Assembly (NCBI GenBank): GCA_001873365.1
Contig: MNYZ01000093.1
Coordinates: 504-64,503 of the forward strand
DNA: 64,000 bases
Reading direction: 5' to 3'
From: Oscillatoriales cyanobacterium CG2_30_40_61
Lineage (GTDB): Bacteria; Cyanobacteriota; Cyanobacteriia; Cyanobacteriales; Microcoleaceae
The notes under the pieces were generated by a model. The model had not been told where the DNA came from, did not search any database, and saw only the letters and a list, made by a program, of their open reading frames with translations. Positions within the stretch are counted from its first letter, which is position 1, and each line of letters starts with the position of its first letter. Positions 1-8,214 of the stretch are shown here, piece after piece. The position numbers and the translations under genes are program-made.

Positions 1-1522
1 TAATACCATTACGGTTAACCGCACCGGAGGAAGTAGCGGTTTAGTCACAGCAACCATTACCCCAACGGATGGAACCGCAACGACTAATTCCGACTATAAT
101 AGTACGCCTATAACAGTAACATTTGCTGATGGAGATATTACCCCGAAAACTATTACAATTCCCATCATTGAGGATACAGTATTTGAACCAACAGAAACCA
201 TTAATTTAACCTTGGCTATTACGGGAGGAGCCGCAACAGTTGGAACTCAAAATACGGCAATTTTACAAATTATTGATAATGATCCCAGCGAAAATATCCA
301 GTTAAATAGTGCAACCTATTTAGGAACAACTGGAAATGATAGTGGTGCATCGGTTGAAATTTCCCCCGTTGATAATAATATTATTATTGCGGGTAATTTT
401 AACGGTTTGGGAGAAATTCAACGGTTACAAAATGGTAATACAGTCCCTTTATCTAATACACCATTAGGCGGTATTGTCAATGATTTAGATGTGGATCGAG
501 ATAGTGGAGAAATTGTCGCCGTTGGGGATTTTGGAATTAAAGTTTATGACCCTACAGCTAATACGGTTTTATGGTCACAACCGGGAACTTTTAATCGAGT
601 TGCGATCGCCAATGATGGTACAGTTGCCACCTTAAATAATAATACCGATACTATTACCTTATGGAATGGATCGGGAACTCAATTAACTAGCACAACCTTA
701 ACCGGAACTAATGTTAATCCGGCGGATATCACGATTGATCCTACTACCAAACAAGTCTTTGTTACCGGGTATAATCAAGTTACCAGCACTTTACAAACTC
801 CTTTCCTACGCGGGTTTGATTCTTCCTTGAATTTGTCATGGAAAACCTGGGATTTTAGTGCAACGGAAGTCACCGGACAAAATTTAGGAGCAGATACAAG
901 AGGAGAACGAATTACAATTGGTAAAGATGGGGGACTTTATTTCTTAGGAAGAACCGATGGTGGTAATAATGTTTTTCAACGGGACGGTCAAAACATTACT
1001 CAAAATTTAGCCACAAAAGTTGATATTGATTCCTTTAATAATTTCTCCGGTGCTGGGGCGGGAACTTTCACTTTTCATGCCAAAATTAATCCTAATAATG
1101 GAACAGTTGATCGGGGTCAATTTATTGTTACCCGGACTAGCACCGGGGCGAATAGTTTTACCCCCAATTCGATCACGGCTGACGAATTTGGTAATATATA
1201 TATAGGAGGATCTTCGGCTTTTCAATTGCAAAATCGTCCTGGTAAAACCATAAATAATCAACCCGTTGGAGCTTATACCTTGGGAGAAATGGCTGTATTA
1301 GGATTATCCGCAGATTATACTATCAGAAAATTCTGGACTCCTTTAACTCAAATGGGCGACGCTGATGGTGCTAAAGGAAGTGTGAATGGTTTTGCAGTAG
1401 CAAAGGGTGAAGCTGTGATCTTGGGGACAGTAACCCAACCTGCTGTGGCGACAACAACTAACGCAATTAATCCTAACCCATTAGGAGGAAATGATGCTTA
1501 TTTAGCCACTTGGTCGGTTTAG
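1..1522 (+). CDS. Large secreted/surface protein, C-terminal part: Calx-beta domain followed by a beta-propeller-like region (5' end lies outside the window)
   Basis: The frame is open from base 2 and reads NTITVNRTGGSSGLVTATITPTDGTATTNSDY...TVTFADGD...TIPIIEDTVFEPTETINLTL...AILQIIDND, a typical Calx-beta pattern. The ORF-track start at 212 is internal. Confidence 0.85.
   Translation, partial: NTITVNRTGGSSGLVTATITPTDGTATTNSDYNSTPITVTFADGDITPKTITIPIIEDTVFEPTETINLTLAITGGAATVGTQNTAILQIIDNDPSENIQLNSATYLGTTGNDSGASVEISPVDNNIIIAGNFNGLGEIQRLQNGNTVPLSNTPLGGIVNDLDVDRDSGEIVAVGDFGIKVYDPTANTVLWSQPGTFNRVAIANDGTVATLNNNTDTITLWNGSGTQLTSTTLTGTNVNPADITIDPTTKQVFVTGYNQVTSTLQTPFLRGFDSSLNLSWKTWDFSATEVTGQNLGADTRGERITIGKDGGLYFLGRTDGGNNVFQRDGQNITQNLATKVDIDSFNNFSGAGAGTFTFHAKINPNNGTVDRGQFIVTRTSTGANSFTPNSITADEFGNIYIGGSSAFQLQNRPGKTINNQPVGAYTLGEMAVLGLSADYTIRKFWTPLTQMGDADGAKGSVNGFAVAKGEAVILGTVTQPAVATTTNAINPNPLGGNDAYLATWSV
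602..609. repeat. HIP1 octamer GCGATCGC (representative of many copies across the window)
   Basis: It recurs throughout the window, for example near 2023, 7218, 15438, 24969, 41313, 45324 and 61645. It is a cyanobacterial hallmark. Confidence 0.9.
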
Positions 1523-1525
1523 CTC

Positions 1526-1590
1526 AGAAACCGGGTTTCTCAACAAAACTTGATGGAAACTCAGAGATAAGGATTAGAAACCCGGTTTCT
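1526..1590. repeat. Paired palindromes AGAAACCGGGTTTCT / AGAAACCCGGTTTCT (dispersed intergenic repeat family)
   Basis: Copies lie at 1526-1540 and 1576-1590. Similar pairs about 50 bp apart occur at 3492/3543, 10948/11000 and 42221/42273, with further copies near 16641, 24120, 48118, 48530 and 49595-49640. Confidence 0.9.
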
Positions 1591-1719
1591 TAAATCTACG
1601 TCGATTAGTTTAAATACCCTCCGATGTTGTTTTTTACCTCTAATATCCCCCTGATCAAGCGCTCTCTGCGCAACAACGGGTTTTTTGCTATAACCTGTAA
1701 ATTCTCACACACACTGATT

Positions 1720-2568
1720 ATGTTAAAACTCTTGACAATAACCCGATCTTTCCGTCGTCGTTGGCTATATCCATTAATTGCAATTGCGATTAGCTTGAGT
1801 TTGGTATTGAGTTCAACGATCGCCACCTTGGCAATTCCTTTACCTGAGTTAATCTTTAGAGGAGTTCAAGTTATCCAATTATCGAATTTATCTGCACGAC
1901 AGGAAATAGCGATCGGGGGACAAATTAATCAGGAATTACTCTCCAAGCAAGTTAAATTATTTCGTAATCAAGACGCTCAAAACTATATTAACCAAATTGG
2001 TCAACGTCTAGCGCAAGCAAGCGATCGCCCTAATATTCCCTATACTTTTCAAGTAATTGATGATCGAAATGTTAATGCTTTCGCCACCATGGGCGGGTTT
2101 GTTTATATTCATACGGGCTTAATGGCGGCGGCCGATAATGAAGCGGAATTAGCCAGTGTGATCGCCCATGAAATCGGACATATTGCCGGACGTCATGCGA
2201 TCAAACAAATGCGTCAAGCCGCCATTGCTGCGGGGGTAGCTACGGCCGTTGGTGCTGATCAAAACAAATTAGTCCAAATTGGGGTAGAATTAGCCTTAAA
2301 CCGCCCGAAAAGCCGTGAAGCTGAATATGAAGCCGATCGCCTGGGTTTAGGAACTTTAATTCGTGCAGGTTATGCTCCCCGGGGTGCTATTGATTTTATG
2401 GCTAAACTGTTAAAAAGTGGCTCTCCCCCAACTATTATTAGCACTCACCCCGCGACCGGAGATCGGATTTCTGCCATGCAACGACTTTTAGATCCGAGTA
2501 TGCTCAATTCTGGTTATGGGTTAGATAGTAATTCCTATCGCGCCACCATTGAACGGATTTTGTCTTAA
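1720..2568 (+). CDS. M48 family zinc metalloprotease
   Basis: It contains VNAFATMGG, HEIGH (HExxH), EYEADRLG and a THP motif, plus an N-terminal signal/TM segment. The ATG at 1720 is preferred over the TTG-type start at 1624. Confidence 0.9.
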   Translation: MLKLLTITRSFRRRWLYPLIAIAISLSLVLSSTIATLAIPLPELIFRGVQVIQLSNLSARQEIAIGGQINQELLSKQVKLFRNQDAQNYINQIGQRLAQASDRPNIPYTFQVIDDRNVNAFATMGGFVYIHTGLMAAADNEAELASVIAHEIGHIAGRHAIKQMRQAAIAAGVATAVGADQNKLVQIGVELALNRPKSREAEYEADRLGLGTLIRAGYAPRGAIDFMAKLLKSGSPPTIISTHPATGDRISAMQRLLDPSMLNSGYGLDSNSYRATIERILS

Positions 2569-2615
2569 TTGCATCCAAATTAGGGAGAAAATCAACTTCT
2601 CCCCCCAAATCAATC

Positions 2616-2769
2616 TATAGCAATCCTATTTGAGTTGTGTTGAAAATCCCTGATCAAAAGGGAACACCGGAACAGGGAACGCCGGATCTGGGAACGCCGG
2701 ATCTGGGGTAATACTTCTGGCCGTTTCATATCAGTATTGAAATGTTACAACCTATTTAGGATTGCTATA
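2616..2769. mobile_element. MITE-like element with 13-bp terminal inverted repeats TATAGCAATCCTA...TAGGATTGCTATA
   Basis: Perfect TIRs at 2616-2628 and 2757-2769 enclose internal GGGAAC(A/G)CCGGA tandem units. A matching right end (TAGGATTGCTATA) recurs near 3565-3577. Confidence 0.7.
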
Positions 2770-2779
2770 TATCTCACTA

Positions 2780-3385
2780 CTAATTTCGACTTTCCGTTTC
2801 TTTTTTAATTGCCTCTAGGGTTTGTTTTAAGCTATTTTGATAGATATTATAAAATAAAGTTAGGCTAGGAGTAGAACCCGGGTCAACTTTCACTTGATGC
2901 TCAATTAAAACTTGTTTCTCAGAAATCGGTTCAATTTTCCAAGTTCCTTGTAAAGCTTTTAAATCACCATCAACCAGTTTAAAATCAATTTGTTTAGGAT
3001 AGGTTTCTGTCGTAGCAATTTTAACTCTAGTTTTTTGATTAAAAATAAACGCTTGAATTTGATATACCTGTTCAAATACCTTATGATTACCTTCGGTTTT
3101 TAAGACTTTACTACTAATAACATTAGGTAAAAATTGATCAAAATTATTATAGTCAATTAAAACTTTCCAAGCCGTATCCACAGAACTATTTACCACAATT
3201 TTAGCGATATATTGACCCTCTTTTCCGGTGACAGTTGCTCCTTGAGGTTGACTGGCAATCAAATTAGGATCAACTAATTCAGCCATAGCTAGAGGGCTAC
3301 CGACCAAATTTAAACCTAAACCGAGAATAGAAACAAATGTGATCAAAACTTGATTGGATTTTGGCGGCGTAAAATTAAAAGGCAT
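2780..3385 (-). CDS. SRPBCC / polyketide cyclase-dehydrase family protein with signal peptide
   Basis: Motifs AWKVLIDYNNFDQFLPNV and FKLVDGDLKALQGTWKIEP. Confidence 0.85.
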   Translation of the reverse strand: MPFNFTPPKSNQVLITFVSILGLGLNLVGSPLAMAELVDPNLIASQPQGATVTGKEGQYIAKIVVNSSVDTAWKVLIDYNNFDQFLPNVISSKVLKTEGNHKVFEQVYQIQAFIFNQKTRVKIATTETYPKQIDFKLVDGDLKALQGTWKIEPISEKQVLIEHQVKVDPGSTPSLTLFYNIYQNSLKQTLEAIKKETESRN

Positions 3386-3596
3386 TGGTATTTTTAACAG
3401 TTTATTGAGGAGAAACGCAAAATTTTACGGTTCTATTGGTTGTAGTTATTATAGCAGAAAAAACCCACTTACCGGAATAGGACTTATGCAAAGAAACCGG
3501 GTTTCTACAAAAATCTCCAGGTTTATCCCTAGATATCTGAGAAGAAACCGGGTTTCTACTCAAATAGGATTGCTATAGTGCATTTTATCAATAGAT

Positions 3597-4454
3597 TTAG
3601 CCACAGGCCCAAACAAACGCAAACTGATCTTTATGGGTTTTGCATTGCAGAATATGGGCAATTCCCAAATCACCAAACGCATAGTTAAGGTTTTCGCACG
3701 AAGCTAATTGAAACACTTGCCGCATCGGAACCCGACAAACGGGACAGCCTGGACACTCCATACCCTGAACCCAGCGCGGGTAGCCGCCCAGCTTATCACT
3801 CCCATCGGTGGGGTATATCTGATCGTAGTCGTCCCCATCATCCCAACCCAAACGCTCCATCACCGCATCCCACAAGTCATATTCCTGTAACCTCTCCCAG
3901 CCATAAACCTGTGCTACCAGATCATCAGGGTCGGGATAGTCTTGAATTTCTAGCCATTCGGTGATGGTCTTAGCGGATAAATAAGTGCCATAATCTTCTC
4001 CATCGATTTGGGGTAGGGGTGGAGTTGAACCCATACCCACGGGTTGTACCAGACGAATTATGACGTTTTTAATTAGTAATGGAACTCTACCATAATAAAT
4101 TGTTCCTTCTTCTACCTCGAACCCACACTTATCAGACATACAGTGGAACATTTGCAACAGACCTGTACCAAACTCCTCACGCACAGGTTTTGGCAATTGA
4201 CTCAAATTCAGTTGAACAAACAGTTGCAGGGGTTCGGCGCAACAGGGACAACCGGGCCAGGTTTCATCTATTGCCAGCCAGGGACGACCGGAAAACTTAG
4301 AAGCTAGGCGATCGCCATCTCCGACCGTAACAATAGGCTTCCAGGCGGGACGAACAAATTGGGTAATATCGAGATCAGAATTAACCACTGGCTCAGATAT
4401 AATGTTGTAGAATTTGTTAGAGTTTGAAAAAGGTTTTTCCTCTGAGGTCTTCAT
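3597..4454 (-). CDS. DUF1963 (YwqG-like) protein
   Basis: Motifs SKFSGRPW, WPGCPCCAEPLQLFVQLNL, DKLGGYPRWVQ, CPVC and FGDLGIAHI. Confidence 0.8.
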   Translation of the reverse strand: MKTSEEKPFSNSNKFYNIISEPVVNSDLDITQFVRPAWKPIVTVGDGDRLASKFSGRPWLAIDETWPGCPCCAEPLQLFVQLNLSQLPKPVREEFGTGLLQMFHCMSDKCGFEVEEGTIYYGRVPLLIKNVIIRLVQPVGMGSTPPLPQIDGEDYGTYLSAKTITEWLEIQDYPDPDDLVAQVYGWERLQEYDLWDAVMERLGWDDGDDYDQIYPTDGSDKLGGYPRWVQGMECPGCPVCRVPMRQVFQLASCENLNYAFGDLGIAHILQCKTHKDQFAFVWACG

Positions 4455-6264
4455 CCCAAGGAATATTAATAAATTGATAGTTTTCCCAGTTCGTCGGATA
4501 AATCGGAGGGATATGAATATGATTAGATCGAACTAACACTAACCAACGTCCATCTAGGGTTAAATAACCCAATTCGGCGATATAATCTCGATCACTCATG
4601 GCAATGGGGATATGCCATTCTCTGGCCATCTCATCACACTCATATTCCTGCACCGACAATGGCGGCTGGGTATCGAGATCAATTGCAGTCACGTCATAAA
4701 CCCGCAGCAGAAGGTGTTTTCCCCCTTGGTAACGTAGATGTTCTTTATGTTCGTTAGGAATATCCCAATACGCATAGGCCCAATTTGGGTCACGGGGTAA
4801 TAGGAAAATCTGACTCTGACCATATCCATCGGGTAGTGGTGCAAGTCCCTGGTCTACATCCGCAAGGGAGGGCTCAAATTTGATTTCCTTTCCTACATTA
4901 AATTTAGTAGCTGCTACGTCTGTTTCTGAACGAACCTCTTGCTGAGGTACTCCTAATTCTATTACTTCGGTTTCCGGTTTTACTATCTCTAAAACCGATA
5001 TTTCCGGTTCGGTTAATTCATCATCAACCGCCGCCACCTTCACTTCTAATTCCTTACTATCTGATTCCACAATAACAGATTTAGTCTGAAGATTAGGTTC
5101 AGATTCTACTATCTCTAAAACTGATATCTCTGGTTCGGTTAATTCATCATCAACCGCCGCTACCTTCGCTTCTAATTCCTTACTATCTGATTCCACAATA
5201 ACAGATTTAGTCTGAAGATTAGGTTCAGATTCTACTATCTCGGAAACCGATGTTTTTGCTATCAAAAATTCTGCAATTACAGCTTCAGCTTCATTCGGTT
5301 CAATTTCCTTGATTAATAATACTTCTGAAACTTCCTCAATTTCTCCATTTTCAACAGGATAAAATTCCGGTTCAGGAGACTCTGATGAAATCAAAAATTC
5401 TACCTCTGATTTGGTTTTAACTTCATTTTCTGACAAGATTGATGCTTGATGGGGAATGGCGATCGCAGAATCTAAATTATCTACCTCCGGTTCCATTAAA
5501 CTAATAGATGATTCTTGGGTTTGTAAATGATCTTCTAATTGCAACGTTTTTGGATGATCACCTTTTTTAATAATAGTACGCGGTAGAGAAAAAGTAGTAA
5601 TAGTTGGAGAAAATGGTGTTTTTAATGGTTCTACAAACTGCTTATTAATATTGGGAGAAAATGGAGTTTTTAGGGGTTCTGTCAAACTCTTAAAATCAAT
5701 TTGATTAGAATTTTTCTGAGGTTGCTCCCCGGTAACATCGGGTTTTGTAGACAGGGGAACAGGAATCACTTCTTCTTGTTTTTTAACTAGGGATTTAGAA
5801 CGTTGAGCTTTGAATTGTAAATTGATCCATAAACCCAAAAACGGAACCACAGGAAGTAACCACCACAACCAAATCGGGATTTCTCCTTCCGTCGCCGGAA
5901 CCGTTCCGGGCTGCATTTGGGAAGACTGACCCACTAGGCTATCATTATTCGTGTTAGCCGGGGATAAACGCGAGTCAATTTGACTTAGAGAAATAGGGGG
6001 CTCAGAACTCAACCTAACCGTAGAATTAGATTCTGATTTTAGCTTAAAATCCCCTAAATTTTGAATACTCCAGTCCTCTGACTCCGACTTAATATCAATA
6101 TTTCTCACCCGTCCCGAAGACCATAAGGATGACTCTGAAACTGCGGAAGAAGTAACGCTAGAGTTGGAGTTCCACCGAGAGGTCGCCCAGGCAACCGGAC
6201 TCGTCGCTATTGATAACAATAACGTTAAGGTGAATATCGATGTATCTTTTTTGTTTAACACCAT
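4417..6264 (-). CDS. DUF4912 domain protein with long acidic linker, signal peptide and a TM helix
   Basis: The C-terminal LPDGYGQSQIFLLPRDPNWAYAYWD...LRVYDVT...AREWHIPI...DYIAELGY...RSN is the DUF4912 pattern. The TM segment is IPIWLWWLLPVVPFLGLWI. Confidence 0.8.
   Translation of the reverse strand: MVLNKKDTSIFTLTLLLSIATSPVAWATSRWNSNSSVTSSAVSESSLWSSGRVRNIDIKSESEDWSIQNLGDFKLKSESNSTVRLSSEPPISLSQIDSRLSPANTNNDSLVGQSSQMQPGTVPATEGEIPIWLWWLLPVVPFLGLWINLQFKAQRSKSLVKKQEEVIPVPLSTKPDVTGEQPQKNSNQIDFKSLTEPLKTPFSPNINKQFVEPLKTPFSPTITTFSLPRTIIKKGDHPKTLQLEDHLQTQESSISLMEPEVDNLDSAIAIPHQASILSENEVKTKSEVEFLISSESPEPEFYPVENGEIEEVSEVLLIKEIEPNEAEAVIAEFLIAKTSVSEIVESEPNLQTKSVIVESDSKELEAKVAAVDDELTEPEISVLEIVESEPNLQTKSVIVESDSKELEVKVAAVDDELTEPEISVLEIVKPETEVIELGVPQQEVRSETDVAATKFNVGKEIKFEPSLADVDQGLAPLPDGYGQSQIFLLPRDPNWAYAYWDIPNEHKEHLRYQGGKHLLLRVYDVTAIDLDTQPPLSVQEYECDEMAREWHIPIAMSDRDYIAELGYLTLDGRWLVLVRSNHIHIPPIYPTNWENYQFINIPWDEDLRGKTFFKL
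4981..5240. repeat. 126-bp (42-aa) tandem duplication inside the DUF4912 gene
   Basis: The peptide EIVESEPNLQTKSVIVESDSKELE(A/V)KVAAVDDELTEPEISVL occurs twice. Nucleotide anchors at 5101 and 5227 are 126 bp apart. Confidence 0.95.
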
Positions 6265-6471
6265 AGATGGAATCGCAAGCTGATAATTCCTAATTTAACT
6301 GAAAATCACAGGTTAACAATCAATATTTGGGCTTAATCTATCAGAACATGGGACTATGGGGAACTGGGGCTAACTCCTTGGGAATATTATATAGTCTGGG
6401 CGAACTACCCACACCCGTTGCTATATAATGGAGTGTGGGCTTCCCACTTCAACTTAAATTTTTTTATATTT

Positions 6472-6783
6472 TTATTCTTCGTCCAGGGGATCATCCCCAT
6501 AACCCGGAGAAGATTTATATAAACTATCTAATTGATTTCGCGCATCCTGAACCGATAAAGAGCGCATCACTAACAAAGGTTCATTAATTAAATGTCCGGT
6601 TTCATCAAGTAGTTCTGGATGTAGAACTTTGCCCCTTTGTCCTGAATGATTCGACCCGCCATAGTTGCGAGGGTCATGCAGTTTATGGGATTCCATACCC
6701 ACGGTCAAAAGACTTTGAATTAAATTCCGAACAGCCAGAAAAGCCAGAATTGTAAAAGCCAAGACGTAAACTAAGTGTAACAT
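6472..6783 (-). CDS. DUF2973-like cyanobacterial protein
   Basis: N-terminal TM segment MLHLVYVLAFTILAFLAVRNLI, and HPELLD...EPLLVMRS...DARNQLDSLY. Confidence 0.8.
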   Translation of the reverse strand: MLHLVYVLAFTILAFLAVRNLIQSLLTVGMESHKLHDPRNYGGSNHSGQRGKVLHPELLDETGHLINEPLLVMRSLSVQDARNQLDSLYKSSPGYGDDPLDEE

Positions 6784-6979
6784 TTTTATCTCCTTAATGC
6801 TAGGGTTTATTCGGTTAATTTACAGCCATTTTTTAATAGAAAGGGGATTTTATTTTAGAGCTGAATCCGGGGGATTGATTGAAACGCTCATTTACCTAGA
6901 TCTTCCTATACTCTATCAATAAATTGAACCTTTCTACTGAAAAAAATGATCAATTGTTTCGGGAGTTTACCCTCTGATC

Positions 6980-7312
6980 TTAATTTTTGACTGGATTAGC
7001 TTGTTCCATACGAAAGCGGGCCGCCACTTGCCAACATTCTGTTAATAGTTTATGCCAAGGCATTAATACCGTAATTTCTATTCCCACTTGCCCCCCGGTC
7101 GCGTGAAACAGGGTTTTAGTCGCTATCACCTGCTGTTGGGCTTGGGTAATTCGGTTCAGGAGGTCGGATTGTTGCGGCTGGGACAAAAAGGACATCTCCT
7201 CCGTTTCTAAAAGATGGCGCGATCGCTCAAACCAGTATTCAAAATCCTCCAGTAGCGGTTCTAAGATCGATTTGAGAAGCTCTGACTCTTCGGGCAAGTT
7301 GGAACTTAGCAT
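6980..7312 (-). CDS. DUF2605-like cyanobacterial protein
   Basis: LLKSILEPLLEDFEYWFERS...MPWHKLLTECWQVAARFR. The ATG at 7312 is the likely start. Confidence 0.8.
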   Translation of the reverse strand: MLSSNLPEESELLKSILEPLLEDFEYWFERSRHLLETEEMSFLSQPQQSDLLNRITQAQQQVIATKTLFHATGGQVGIEITVLMPWHKLLTECWQVAARFRMEQANPVKN

Positions 7313-7601
7313 GGATGGTTCGATTAAGACTTCAGTTAAGACAATATTAACACTCTTTACATTTCTTAATAATTTTCTTAACAAAAGTTTTATAGCCGTT
7401 GACGATCGCCCCCTACTCCAGTCTTTCCTAGCTAACCAGAAAATCCCCCAGGAGCAGTCTCCCCTCGCTGAAAATCAACCATAGTAAAGGTTTCAATTGT
7501 TTTAGAGAATGACACAGATCCAGCCCGGAATCAACCCTCAACTCCTAACAGATAGACAATTCCTAAATAATTGTTAAGTTTTTCAATTTAACCTGAAAAA
7601 G

Positions 7602-7617
7602 TGTAACAATGAATACA
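7602..7617 (+). promoter_or_regulatory. Candidate NtcA binding site (TGTA-N8-TACA)
   Basis: TGTAACAATGAATACA matches the GTA-N8-TAC consensus and lies about 70 bp upstream of the DUF4278 gene. Confidence 0.6.
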
Positions 7618-7687
7618 GAAATAAAAAGATCATTTAAAATTTGTCTTTAAGACAGCGCCTTTAAAACTAGAGTCAGGAGAAACAGAT

Positions 7688-8092
7688 ATGAAACTCACCT
7701 ATCGTGGTCATCAGTACGAAAGCTCTTTTTCGCCAATGGATATGGTGGAGAGCGAATTAACGGGCAAATACCGGGGCCAAAGCGTCCAGTTTCACTATCC
7801 TCGTCATGTTCGGGTACCTCAAACCTCCCACCCCCTGAAGTATCGAGGTGTTTCCTACAGTAGTACAGAAGAGCCACAACATTCCCTCAACCAAGTGGCT
7901 TCCCAGAAAAGCCAGGGAGGAGCGGTACTGCATTTAGCTACATTTGAGAAACCCCTAGACGATCACCTGGCAAAAGTTCACGCCGATCATTTGTGCCGTT
8001 TACTCAACCGCCGACGTGCAGCGGCCATTGCCCGGGGCGACCTCCATCTGCTGCGCCTTTTAGATTTAGAAGCAGAACACATCGCTTGCTAA
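7688..8092 (+). CDS. DUF4278 domain protein
   Basis: Repeated (K)LxYRGxxY motifs (MKLTYRGHQYE, GKYRGQ, LKYRGVSY) and an AGGAG RBS. Confidence 0.85.
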   Translation: MKLTYRGHQYESSFSPMDMVESELTGKYRGQSVQFHYPRHVRVPQTSHPLKYRGVSYSSTEEPQHSLNQVASQKSQGGAVLHLATFEKPLDDHLAKVHADHLCRLLNRRRAAAIARGDLHLLRLLDLEAEHIAC

Positions 8093-8214
8093 ATAATCCT
8101 TGATCTGATTGGGTTTGGGTGTTCCTATCAGCCATCTCAACATCAAAAAACTTAGGAATATTGCTCCCTTAGTCTAAAATTGTTTCTGGACTTGTAGACA
8201 AGAAAAGAAGCCTT

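Noticed and set aside
7490-7687. Glutamine (glnA-type) riboswitch upstream of the DUF4278 gene
   Set aside because: The expected CGTT...GGAAG...GAAGGAACG core could not be found by eye.
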